Source: Hemiscyllium ocellatum
Taxonomy: Eukaryota
Reading direction: 5' to 3'
DNA length: 64,000 nucleotides
Assembly (NCBI RefSeq): GCF_020745735.1
Contig: NC_083442.1
Coordinates: 33,886,072 to 33,950,071 of the forward strand
Of the stretch, positions 13,165 through 24,219 are shown one piece after another. Below the pieces are notes generated by a model. That model ran no database searches. It had not been told where the DNA came from and saw only the letters and a program-made list of their open reading frames with translations. How positions within the stretch are numbered: the stretch's first letter is position 1; each line of letters opens with the position of its first letter. The position numbers and the translations under genes were made by a program.

Positions 13165-13700
13165 ATTTGATTTGATTTATTTATTGTCACGTCTATTTTG
13201 TTACAAAATAGTATAAAGTGTTGTATAGAGTCGCCAAACTCCAGCGCCATCTTAAAACACAGGAAAATAAATCAAAACATAAAATAGAAAGGCAGAAAAA
13301 TAAAGAGAAAGTGTTCAACTTTCTAGTTCTTCTTGTTAAGTGCTCCTCCATAGGCCTGGTGGACAGGTATGAGACCACTTCACCATGCTGTTGCTGCTGG
13401 AAGTGAAGTCACCTCTCTGTGGCACCATCTCTCCTCCATCAATGCCTTCACCGCTGAGTCCTTGCAGGACCTTGCCAGTACAGCTGCTCGATACTGCCCC
13501 GGGCCAAACTTGACTCCGCTGTTGCCATGAGTCCAATTCGGACCCATCTCACCAATGAAGCCGCCCCCGATCCCGCCGACACTCACATTGGGACCAAACT
13601 CGCCTCCGCCACCACTGCCTCCATAATCCGCTTTGGGTGCAGATGCTGCCAGGAACCCAAACATACTTCTCTTGCAGCTGCCATGAGTCAGCGCTTGAGC
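13165..13700 (-). repeat. Unclassified interspersed repeat with LINE-like tail (GTGACAATAAA + microsatellite)
   Basis: Tail resembles 8065-8150(+); the GC-rich body is not assignable. Confidence 0.4.
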
Positions 13701-15682
13701 CATCTTGTGTTAATTGCTTATGTCATTTAAGAGATTCTGAGGATGAAGTTGAGAAATCTTGAGAACATGCCTGAGATGTTACAATTTCTGCTTAATGAAG
13801 TACAATATTGGAACAAATCTCAAAATGAGCAAAACAAAAATGTACAGAATTAGTTTTACTGAGAAACTCGATGTGAGAGGAAAGGGAATGGTCAAGGCCC
13901 CGAACTCTACCAATACTTAGAAAAGTGGCGAGCAAATTTTGTAATGAAGTATACAACAAGTTGACACCAGGTTTAGGGTTTGTTAAAGCCCATGGATTGA
14001 AAAACGCATGGAAAACAGAGAGATTAAGAGTTTCGTAGGTTTTAGGAATTGGAAAAAAATGAGCCAAAGCAGCAGATGATTAAGTAGGAAGATAACGTTT
14101 AATAAATATAATATTTTATAATATGACAAATTGCTAAAATTGCTGATGCCATACAGATAGGGAGAGTAAGTTGTGAGGAGGACATAACAAGTTCACAAAA
14201 GGGTGTAGATGAGTTTAAGCGAGAGGGAAAAAAATTGGCAAATGGAGTATGATGTGGGAAAATGCGTGGCAGAATAGAAAAGCAGTATCTTATTTAAATG
14301 GAGAAAGATTGCCAAACTCAGTGATACAAAACAATCTGGTGTTCTGGGACGTAAATCACAAAGTTAGTTTGCACAATGATTAGTTGGGAAAATGGAATGT
14401 TAGTGTTTATTCTAATGCGACTGAAATATAAAAGTAGGCATGTTTTGCTGCAGTGGAATATGTATTAGTGAGACCACATCAGGAGTACTGTGTTCAGTTT
14501 CGTTTCCTTATTTCAGAAAGAATATAATTGCAATAGAAGCCATGCATTGATTCCTGGGATGATGGGCTAAACTTATGAAGAATGCTTAGACATTTGAATT
14601 TGGTGAGTGAGTATGTAATTAGGCCTCTGAGTCTACTTTGCCATTTCATAAGATTGTCTGGCTCCAACTCTTCTTTCCTGTCTATCCCTCCAGATACCCT
14701 TTAAATTCTGGTTGGTCGAGAAGTATCTGAGGAAGGGTTACTCAACCCAAAATGTTAACTCTGATTTCTCACCACAGATGTTGCCAGCCCTGCTGAGCTT
14801 ATCCAGCAATAACTATTTCTGTCTCTGATTTACAGCAGCAGTAGGTTCTTTTGTTTCTATCATTGCCGGCCCCTCTCTGTGGAAGAGAGTTCAATGGACT
14901 CAAGACCTTTTGAGAGAAAAGAAATCCTCACCTTTTTCTGAAATGGGAGATCCCTTATTTTTAAACAATGTCGGTATATTCTTTCAGCAGTTAAAACATT
15001 CTTTCAGCACCAACCCTATGAAATCTCCTCAGCATCTAAACATTTAAATAACAGCTCTCATTCTTTTAAACTCCAATGGATACAGGCACAATTGTGGTAA
15101 TTCAGTTTCTCTTGTTGTGTTCAGTCACAAAGTTTTCAGATTCAAGCAAAATGTAAGGAAACATTAAAAACGGAAGAAGTCAGATTAATTTCACTTGAAT
15201 ATAATTCAGTCACAGGTGAGTTTAAGAGATGCAGAGCACCACAACATATTGTTAAACAATGGACTACTTATTTAAAATGCATTATAGCAGTATAATGCTG
15301 TAAATTCCACTCCACCTCTCCCCCAAAGCACCAAACAGAAAACATGGACAGAATTATTTTGTGTAAGGCATCATATTTCCAGCATGCTCTAGAAAGTTTG
15401 AATGCATCATCAAAAGTCTTTTTCATGATCACTTCTCCAAGCTGTCTCAATGAAGAAGCCACAAAGAGAGTGAGGGAAACAATATTTCCTAGTACCCTTA
15501 CAAATGAAGTCTCACAACATGCAAAACCTACCCGACTTTTATCCTCCAGCTTGGAAAAGTAGTCCGATCGTGAGAAAGATTATTGCCTCTTTAACAAAAT
15601 TTAAATGTCTATCTCAAACCAGTTGGCTAACCCATCCAGAAATCAACACACAGATGCACTCAAGAAAGAAACAAAGAAGTGA

Positions 15683-16318
15683 TCATTTCTTTGAAAGCTG
15701 CTCGATCAGTTTTTTCCAGCTAATTCTCTTCTGGGTGATATAGACTGGGGTGACAACCACGACCGGTGGCCTGTGGTCCTTCCTGAGGTATTGCTCACAA
15801 AGAGCTTCTGTAGTGCACATCACATACATCCCGCAATCATAGCTGTTCTTTTGTACTGGTGATGAATCCTCAATGAAAGGCACTTCAGATTTGGTTCCCA
15901 GGAAGTGTTGCAGCTTCTTCGCTATCTTTCGGGCATGGCTTTCATTCATGTTGCTGCAGGAATCATAGTGGCTAAAGCAGTTCCTATCTCTGTTGTAACA
16001 TAGCAAGCTCCAATGAGACCCACCAGCCGCCTGCACAGAGTTGTCATTGACTGCAAGGAAGACCAAGCTTTTCTGTGCCAGTGTTAGTGGCTCCAGGAAG
16101 ATTGCCAACTCCTCCTGGCTGGCCATGCATTTAATAAGCTGAGTAACTTCAGGGCTGATGAAGCAGGCTCTGTCTGAGAGTTCCTTGTACTGTTCAGCGG
16201 CAAAGTATTCAAAGGCAAATGCAATGATGTGGTCATTGAGCCAGTTGGGTGGGTTGAGGAGTGAGAGATCTGAGCGTCGGATTAAGCTGTCATGGTAGCT
16301 CAGTATTACTGGGTCCAT
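15683..16318 (-). CDS. SENP8: Sentrin-specific protease 8 (NEDD8-specific protease NEDP1/DEN1), 211 aa, entire CDS in one exon
   Basis: Translation MDPVILSYHDSLIRRSDLSLLNPPNWLNDHIIAFAFEYF...NDNSVQAAGGSHWSLL...HYDS...QKNSYDCGMYV...WKKLIEQLSKK* is colinear with human SENP8. The C48 protease triad H102/D119/C162 is intact. True ATG at 16318; splice acceptor (minus: tttcttgtttgtttgcag|GAGCAGCATG) at 16326-16327, so the first 7 residues of the ORF-track call are not coding. Confidence 0.97.
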   Translation of the reverse strand: MDPVILSYHDSLIRRSDLSLLNPPNWLNDHIIAFAFEYFAAEQYKELSDRACFISPEVTQLIKCMASQEELAIFLEPLTLAQKSLVFLAVNDNSVQAAGGSHWSLLCYNRDRNCFSHYDSCSNMNESHARKIAKKLQHFLGTKSEVPFIEDSSPVQKNSYDCGMYVMCTTEALCEQYLRKDHRPPVVVVTPVYITQKRISWKKLIEQLSKK

Positions 16319-16493
16319 GCTGCTCCTGCAAACAAACAAGAAACTTCAGATACAAAAACAAAATTCTAGAGATGCTGGAAATCTGAAATAAAAACAGAAA
16401 AGGTTAGAACTACTCAGCAGGTTTGCAGCACCTGTGGAGAGAGAACAGAATTAATGTTTTAGGTCTATGAAGTTTTGTCAGAACTGAGTCTAG

Positions 16494-16812
16494 CCACGGT
16501 GGCACAGTGGTTAGCACTGCTGCCTCACAGCACCTGAGACCCGGGTTCAATTCCCGACTCAGGTGACTGACTGTGTGGAGTTTGCACGTTCTCCCCGTGT
16601 CTGCGTGGGTTTCCTCCGGGTGCTCCGGTTTCCTCCCACAGTCCAAAGATGTGCGGGTCAGGTGAATTGGCCATGCTAAATTGCCCGTAGTGTTAGGTAA
16701 GGGGTAAATGTAGGGGTATGGGTGGGTTTCGCTTCGGCGGGTCGGTGTGGACTTGTTGGGCCGAAGGGCCTGTTTCCACACTGTAAGTCTAATCTAATCT
16801 AATCTAATCTAA
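16494..16812 (+). mobile_element. HE1-like V-SINE with (TCTAA)n tail, in SENP8 intron
   Basis: Near-identical to 817-1130. Confidence 0.9.
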
Positions 16813-17129
16813 AGTTAGAAATGTAATAAGTTTTGAGCATGTGAAGGGAGAAGGGGGAGAAGAAGAAGAAAAAGGAAGGCCTTTGATAGGCTGGCAATCA
16901 ACAATGAGACTTCAGTATTGTAATAGAGGAACAAGGCACCATTGGAGGTACTATCTTACAGATTGGTCTTGAAGATAAAGCCCTGTCCAGCTTCACAGAT
17001 GAATGTAAAATATCTCATGGCTCTATTTTGAAGTAGACTGGGGAGTTCTCCCTGTGTCCTGCTCAATATTGATCCCTTAAATGACATTACCAAAACAGAG
17101 ACTTTGCTCTGTGGAAATTCATATAATCT

Positions 17130-17455
17130 CTACAGTATAGAAGTAGACAATTTGGCTCATCAAGTCCACACTGACCCTCTGAACAGCAACCCATCTCCCA
17201 TCCCATCGCACCCCCGCCGCCCCCCGCCCCCCCATCCTAACCTTGTATTTCCCATTGCTAATTCACCTAGTCTGCATAACCCTGGACCCTATGGGCAATT
17301 TCACATGGTCAATCTACCTAACCCATATATCTTTGGACTGGGGGAGGAAACTAGAACACCTGGAGGAAACCCATGCAGAATGTGCAAACCCCACAAAGAC
17401 AGTCATCCAAGGGTGAAATTGAACCCAGGTCCCTGATGCATGGCTAACCACTGAG
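17130..17455 (-). mobile_element. Older HE1-like SINE
   Basis: Diverged match to the same SINE family. Confidence 0.75.
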
Positions 17456-18129
17456 TCACTATAATACCCATATGACAAATTGCTTATGTTTTCTGTATAA
17501 CATCCTATCATTATGAAAGTGGCTATCTAATTGTAAATCTTAAATCCATTGGGTGCCATAAACAATATGCAACAATTCACCAAGGTTCCTTCCACAACAG
17601 TTACTAAACCCATGAACTCTATAACCCAAAAGGACAAGGGCAGCAGGTGCATGAGAACATCATCACCTGCAAGTTCTTCTCCATGTCTGAACTGGAAAGA
17701 AACTGCTGGTCCTCTAACCTAACATGAGTCTAAAATTAAGCCAGTCTATTCTCAGCCTTGGTGTCACATTCTATCGTGAGACATGCTTCCGACCTCAGAT
17801 TCATACCATTTCTAAGAGTGCCTTCTGCAGCTCCATAATATCACTGACTTTACCCCTTTGTCATAACACATTTACTGCTGAAATGTCTATTCATGCTTGA
17901 ATATCTCCAGTTTTGACTATTCCAACACACTCCTGGCAGGTCCCCCATATTCAATACTTCATAATCTTGAGGTGATCCAAATGATTGTTGCCTATTTCCT
18001 CATCAGACCCGTCCTTGCTAACCTTAATTTGCTCCTGGTCTGCTTTGGGTGGTTTAGTCATACTTTTTTTTTTACAATGCATCTCGGGTAATCTCATGAT
18101 ATAAGACACTTTGTTCATTCACTGTCACA

Positions 18130-18945
18130 GGAACTTCTTTCCAAAGAGCACAATACGTGTATCGCTACACTCCCAAAAGCCTGTCAACACTTACAAGGCA
18201 CAAGTTAGGAGTGTGATGGAATATGCCCCACTTGCTAGGATGAGTGCAGCTCCAACCATATTCAAGCAGCTTTTTACCATCCAGGATGAAGCAGCCCACT
18301 TGATTGGCACCATATCCACAAACATTCACTCCCGTCCCTCCCAAAGCTCAGAAGCAGCAGCGTGTACCATCTACAAAATATTCTAAGCTACTCACCAAGG
18401 TTCATTAGATAGCACCTACCAAACCCATACCTACTGCCATCTAGAAGGATAAGGGCAGCAGATATATAAGAACACCACGACTTGCAAGTTCACCTCCAAA
18501 ACTGACTTGGAAATATATTGCTAGTTCTTCAGAGTTTTTTTTTAGATTACTTACAGTGTGGAAACAGGCCCTTCGGCCCAACAAGCCCACACCGACCCGC
18601 CGAAGCGCAACCCACCCATACCCCTACATATACCCCTTACCTAACACTACGGGCAATTTAGCATGGCCAATTCACCTGACCCGCACATCTTTGGACTGTG
18701 GGAGGAAACCGGAGCACCCGGAGGAAACCCACGCAGACACGGGGAGAACGTGCAAACTCCACACAGTCAGTCGCCTGAGGCGGGAATCGAACCCAGGTCT
18801 CTGGCGCTGTGAGGCAGCAGTGCTAACCACCGTGCCACCGTGCCGCCCCGTGTGGGTTAAAATTCTGGAAGTTCCTCCCTACTGCATTGCCCATGAACCC
18901 ATACGAAATGAACTGCAGCAGTTCAAGAAGCTAGCTCACCACTAT
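18130..18945 (+). mobile_element. Non-LTR (CR1/L2-group) LINE 3' remnant, YKAQVRSVMEY family
   Basis: YKAQVRSVMEYAPLA..AAPT..IQDEAAHLIG. Related pieces at ~3880-4180(-), 11440-11890(-), 17570-17710(+), 33920-34270(-), 62720-63030(+). Confidence 0.7.
18543..18848 (-). mobile_element. HE1-like V-SINE inserted in an older LINE
   Basis: Reverse complement of 817-1130; splits the LINE remnant 18130-18945. Confidence 0.9.
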
Positions 18946-19845
18946 CGTTGTTTTTTTGTTTTTCTCTGTTAACTGCCATGAATCAATCACCCATGTTGCC
19001 AATTAGAAGTTTCTATGCAAAGCCTATTATGGGCAATGCAAACCATCGAAGTGAGGGAGGGGTAGAGAGTGCAAGATGGGACTAAATCAAAATGAAGTTG
19101 GAGGTGGAAATAAAGCACTGTATCCCCTGCGATGCCCACCTCTGAAGGCATTGAGAACACTGTGTGTTCCTGATCCAATGACACTTCAGCACAAACATAA
19201 CCACCGTAGAGGGACAGACAGTCAAAGAGATTACCTACTCCACAACGTGCTGCCTAGATGCATTAATAGTCAACCTGGCCAGACCCAGAAGCAGATCCAT
19301 GAGAAGGTCCACGAATTTGCACACGTGCCGCCACACCAGATGCCCAAAGATCAGGAGTGTGGGCTGAAGGGCAACCAAAAGCAGAACAAAAGATTTTTCA
19401 AATAACGAAAGAGGGGATGCAATTTCCCACAACCAATATATACATGGTCCACAGACTTCACAGTGCTGCATAATAAGTGGTTGGATTGGGAGTTCATAAA
19501 CCATTACAAGCTGTGGGTATCCGGGACTGTTACGTGCAACATCTTCCACCCTGGTAGAAAATGGGAGGACTCCTCATATACACCCCTGGAGATCCCCACT
19601 ACCTGGTGGCAAATAAGCACGCTAGACGTCAGATAAAGGAGTCAAGGCAGTGGTCCACAGCAGCAGCCTTTAGAAAAAAACACTTTTTTTGTGAGTTAAC
19701 AGTCACATTATACATACCTAAAAAAGGTGGCTCACGTTGTGGGGTGTGGGTTCCTAAAGGAGGTTTAGAACCTTGGGGTCAATGTGAAATTCCACCCGAG
19801 TAGGGGTTCCAATGTATACCTGTGCATCCTCTAACCAGTGCACAA
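18946..19845 (-). mobile_element. L1/Tx1-clade LINE ORF2 3' remnant with A-rich tail
   Basis: PTLLIFGHLV...DLLMDLLLGLARLTINASRQ resembles Tx1-like ORF2 C-termini; T-rich run at 18948-18963 is the A-tail on the minus strand. Confidence 0.65.
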
Positions 19846-21710
19846 CAGAGCTGAAAATGTGTTGCTGGTTAAAGCACAGCAGGTCAGGCAGCATCCAAGG
19901 AACAGGAAATTCGACGTTTCGGGCCAGAGCCCTTCATCAGGAATGAGGAGAGTGTGCCAGGCAGGCTAAGATAAAAGGTAGGGAGGAGGGACTTGGGGGA
20001 GGGGCGATGGAGATGTGATAGGTGGAAGGAGGTCAAGGTGAGGGTGATAGGCTGGAGTGGGGTGGGGGCGGAGAGGTCAGGAAGAGGATTGCAGGTTAGG
20101 AGGGCGGCGCTGAGTTCAAGGGAATCGACTGAGACAAGGTGGGGGGAGGGGAAATGAGGAAACTGGAGACATCTGAGTTTATCCCTTGTGGTTGGAGGGT
20201 TCCCAGGCAGGAGATGAGGCGCTCTTCCTCCAACTGTCATGTTGTTATGTTCTGGCGATGGAGGAGTCCAAGGACCTGCATGTCTTCGGTGGAATGGGAG
20301 GGAGAGTTAAAGTGTTGAGCCACGGGGTGGTTGGGTTGGTTGGTCCGGGCGTCCCAGAGGTGTTCCCTGAAGCGTTCTGCAAGTAGGCGGCCCGTCTCCC
20401 CAATATAGAGGAGGCCACATCGGGTGCAGCGGATGCAATAGATGATGTGTGTGGAGGTGCAGGTGAATTTGTGGCGGATATGGAAGGATCCCTTGGGGCC
20501 TTGGAGAGAAGTAAGGGAGGAGATGTGGGCGCAAGTTTTGCATTTCCTGCGGTTGCAGGGGAAGGTGCCGGGAGTGGAGGTGGGGTTGGTGGGGGGTGTG
20601 GACCTGACGAGGGAGTCACGAAGGGAGTGGTCTTTGCGGAACGCTGATACGGAGGTTGGTGGGGTGGTAGGTGAGAACCAGTGGGGTTCTGTCTTGGTGG
20701 CGGTTGGAGGGGCGGGGCTCAAGGATGGAGGAGCGGAAGTGGAGGAGATGCGGTGGAGGGCATCGTCGATCACGTCTGGGGGGAATCCGCAGTCCTTGAA
20801 GAAGGAGGCCATCTGGGCTGTACGGTATTGGAACTGGTCCTCCTGGGAGCAGATGCGGCAGAGGCGAAGGAATTGGGAATATGAGATGGAGTTTTTACAG
20901 GGGGCAGGGTGGGAGGAGGTGTAGTCCAGGTAGCTGTGGGAGTCAGTCGGTTTATAGTAGATGTCTGTGTTGAGTCGGTCGCCCGAGATAGAAATGGAAA
21001 GGTCTAGGAAGGGGAGGGAGGAGTCTGAGACAGTCGAGGTGAATTTGAGGTCGGGATGGAAGGTGTTGGTAAAGTTGATGAACTGTTCAACCTCCTCGTG
21101 GGAGCACGAGGCAGCGCCGATACAGTCATCGATGTAGCGGAGGAAAAGGTGGGGGGTGGTGCCAGTGTAGTTGCGGAAGATGGACTGTTCCACATATCCT
21201 ACGAAGAGACAGGCATAGCTGGGGCCCATGCGGGTGCCCATGGCAACTCCTTTAGTTTGGAGAAAGTGGGAGGATTGGAAAGAGAAGTTATTCAGGGTGA
21301 GGACCGGTTCAGTCAGTCGAAGGAGGGTGTCAGTGGAAGGGTACTGGTTGGTGCGGCGGGAAAGGAAGAAGCGGAGGGCTTTGAGTCCTTCGTGATGGGG
21401 AATGGAGGTGTACAGGGACTGGATGTCCATCGTGAAGATAAAGCGTTGGGGACCGGGGAAGCGAAAATCAAGGAGGAGGTGGAGGGCGTGGGTGGTGTCC
21501 TGAACGTAGGTGGGGAGTTCTTGGACTAAAGGGGACAGAACTGTGTCGAGGTACGCGGATATGAGTTCGGTGGGGCAGGAGCAGGCTGAGACAATGGGTC
21601 GGCCGGGGCAGTCAGGTTTGTGAATTTTGGGCAGGAGGTAGAAACGGGCGGTGCGGGGTTGTGGGACTATGAGGTTGGAGGCGGTGGATGGGAGATCCCC
21701 TGAGGTGATG
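19846..21710 (-). mobile_element. Penelope-like retroelement (Neptune-type), 5'-truncated: RT + Cys linker + GIY-YIG endonuclease + 3' terminus with hammerhead
   Basis: 492-aa ORF with FYLLPKIHK, GRPIVS, MDIQSLYT, GVAMG, RYIDD, CNRRKCKTC, IIYCIRC..LYIGETG..RFREH. An apparent internal frameshift/deletion lies near 20650-20740. Confidence 0.93.
19907..19944 (-). ncRNA. Minimal type I hammerhead ribozyme motif in the PLE terminus
   Basis: Minus strand reads AUUC-CUGAUGA-A-GGGC-UCUG-GCCC-GAAAC-GUC-GAAU: intact core boxes, 4-bp stem II, 4-bp stem I, GUC cleavage triplet. Confidence 0.85.
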
Positions 21711-22225
21711 TCCATTTACCACTGTTTTCAGGCAACACGTGACATTGGACATGAACTGGATGTCCATTGCTACCCTGTTCACTACAACCTCTCAAAGGCA
21801 ACCAGGGTTGGGCAATAAATGCTGTCCAGCCAGTGATGCTCACATCCAGAAGTGAATGAAGTAAAAACCTACAATTGATAGACTGCAGCGTGCGAAGAAG
21901 ACAGTTCATGCAGGTGGAATTAGAGAAAAATTGCATCTCTCACCAGCAATGCTTACATCTCATCAATAAATAAAATAAACTCCTTTCTGAAAGTCTGTGC
22001 AATCTGCTCTCAAACCACTCAATGGAGTGCAATCCCTGCTTTATCAATACTGATCTTTCCAGCGAAATTGACAGCCAATTAGGCACTGTTCTGAGGGTGG
22101 GATTAACAGTGCAAAATGAGCTTGGTTATTCCCCTTAATACCACTGACAGTTTAATGACAGTTAGGTTGTCCAGACTCGAATGGTGATAAATAACTTTCT
22201 AACAGGAGCAACATTTCGTCCCACC

Positions 22226-23303
22226 GCAGTGACTGGCAGAAGCAAGAGTCTGACCCCCTGCAGTGCCTGACAGGGTCCAGAGAACCACACTCCCTGCAGT
22301 GACTGACAGGACCAAGAGCCCCATCCCTTGCAGTGGCTGACAGGGTCCAGGGCTCCATCTCCTGCAGTGACTGACAAGTGACCCATCCCCTTGGATGCTG
22401 CATAACCTGCTGTGCTTTAACCAGCAACACATTTTCAGCTCTGATCTCCAGCATCTCCGGACCTCACTTTTTACTCATCCCCTTCAATGACCAATTGCCG
22501 CAGAGCCTTACTCTACGCAGTGGGTGCAGCCACACAGCGCCTTGCTTTGAAAGGCCGACAGGACACAGACTTTCACTCTGTGCACAGATTGACAGGACCT
22601 AGAGACAATGATGGACAGCCCCGGGCCCACCACTGGCAGAGGCTGACACTATGGGCCCGCCTCCTAGAGTGATTGACAGCCACATAACCCGCCCCAAACC
22701 ATGATGGACAGCGTTGAGCCCACCCCTTGGTGATTGACAGACTCCGCCCTGCGCAACGATGGACAGTCGTGAAGCCACACCCCCCCGTCGTGATTGACAG
22801 TCCCAGGGAGTCCGCCTCCAGCAGAGAATCAAAGCACTATGACCCCCACCCCCACGGTAACTGAACGCCATCTGCGGGGATTGACAGTCCCAGGTCCCGC
22901 CTTCTGTAGTGATTGACAGGCCCATGTCCCGCCTCCTGCAGTGATTGACAGTCCCAAGTCCCACCTTCTGTAGTGATTCAGAGCCTCACGCTCCGCCCGT
23001 TGCCGTGATTCGCACCAACCTGCTATGGCCAGTGCAGTGATTGACAGCTCCATGTCCCGCCTCCTGCAGTGGTAGACAGCCCCAGGTCCCGCCTCCTGCA
23101 GCGGTAGACAGCCCGTTGCCATGATTTACAACCCCATGGTCAGCCTACTGCAGTGATTAACGGCCTCGTACTCCAACCTTGCCTCGATTGACAGCACTAT
23201 CCCCCGCCCTTTGTCGTGATTGACAGCTCCTTTCCCGCCCACTAGTGACTGACAGGTCCATGTCCCGCCTCCTGCAGTGATTGACAGCTTTCGGGGCTGA
23301 CAG
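22226..23303 (+). repeat. Degenerate 32-36-bp minisatellite, ~30 units, consensus about GCAGTGATTGACAGTCCCAGGTCCCGCCTCCT
   Basis: Cores at 22230, 22264, 22300, 22334, 22368 (34-36-bp period), and an exact 32-bp period at 22878, 22910, 22942, 22974, 23006, 23038, 23070, 23102. Interrupted by a PLE-terminus fragment at about 22391-22474. Confidence 0.92.
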
Positions 23304-23433
23304 CAGACATGATCCACGAGCCGGGTCCCTCAGCCAACTGCCGCCGGGACGCCAGCCTGCACTAACTTTCCTGTCAACCTCATAGCCCCAATTTACAAAA
23401 TGAGACACTTCAATCGACGCCTGTCGATTTTAC

Positions 23434-23600
23434 CTGAGCGCTGCTGCTGCCTCCTATCACACCCCCGCCTCAGGGTCAGGCCCAGGCCTTGGTCTGCTAA
23501 GATCTATATCGCCTCCGCTTCATGTCGGCGCGAAGCGACTGGCGGGCAGCTGCCGTAAGGCGTTAGCTCGTCTTCACGACGGTGCCGTGCCGGCAGGTGG
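23434..23600 (-). other. SENP8: Probable non-coding first exon of SENP8 (5' boundary approximate)
   Basis: Minus-strand donor CGCTCAG|GTAAAA at 23434/23433 at the edge of the CpG island. It pairs plausibly with the acceptor at 16326, giving a ~7.1-kb intron. Not transcript-verified. Confidence 0.6.
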
Positions 23601-23714
23601 CAGTGAAGCCCCAGCCCGGCGCGCGCGCGTTCCTGCTCCGCCCCGCCCCTCCCTTCCCCGAGTGTGTGCGCTGCTCCTCCCACCCCCACCGCCGCTGTAG
23701 GCGCATGCGCCGGG

Positions 23715-23845
23715 TGTGGAGCAGTCGGATGGGGTGGGGGGGAACGGCAGGGGAGACGGGCTCGTGTCAAACGGGAGATCGCAGGGCGGCGCGAGCGAGA
23801 GGAGACGGGCTCGGTAACGGTCGCCACCGCCTCCCGGGGAATGAG
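23715..23845 (+). other. Probable non-coding first exon of the divergent plus-strand gene (MYO9A by synteny, inferred)
   Basis: Donor GAG|GTGAGG at 23845/23846 just downstream of the NRF1 site. SENP8 is head-to-head with MYO9A in human. No MYO9A coding sequence is recognisable in the window. Confidence 0.45.
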
Positions 23846-24219
23846 GTGAGGCTGAGGGTCCCGGGAGGGTGATGTCGAATCCGGCTGGGGCGGATGGAGA
23901 CAGCTATTAAACAGGACTGTGGTCCGGACGGTATCGGTGCTGGCTGTTGATGGAGCGCGCTGTGAGGCGGGGAGCGGGGGGGGGGGTAATCGGTGATAGC
24001 TCCCGGTAAGCCGCGATCGGGATGGAGTCCCAAACCGCCCTCTCTCCTTCTTCGCGCCCGCCCGTCCGCAATCTCTGCAGCTGTTAACGTCCCTGGCTCG
24101 CGCCCGCGCTCCCGGACAGAGCGCCGGGGACCCGCTTGCGCGCGAGCGTCCTGTCACCATTCCCCGCACCCCCCCCCCCCTCCTCCAGCCACACCCCATC
24201 CGCGGCACCCCGCACCGAG

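Noticed and set aside
16319-16339. N-terminal MFVCRSS extension of SENP8
   Set aside because: Non-ATG start running through the polypyrimidine tract and splice acceptor; homology begins at MDPV.
22226-23303. CRISPR-like repeat/spacer appearance
   Set aside because: Vertebrate DNA, no cas genes, cores are short and degenerate, and the spacers are homologous to each other; it is a minisatellite.
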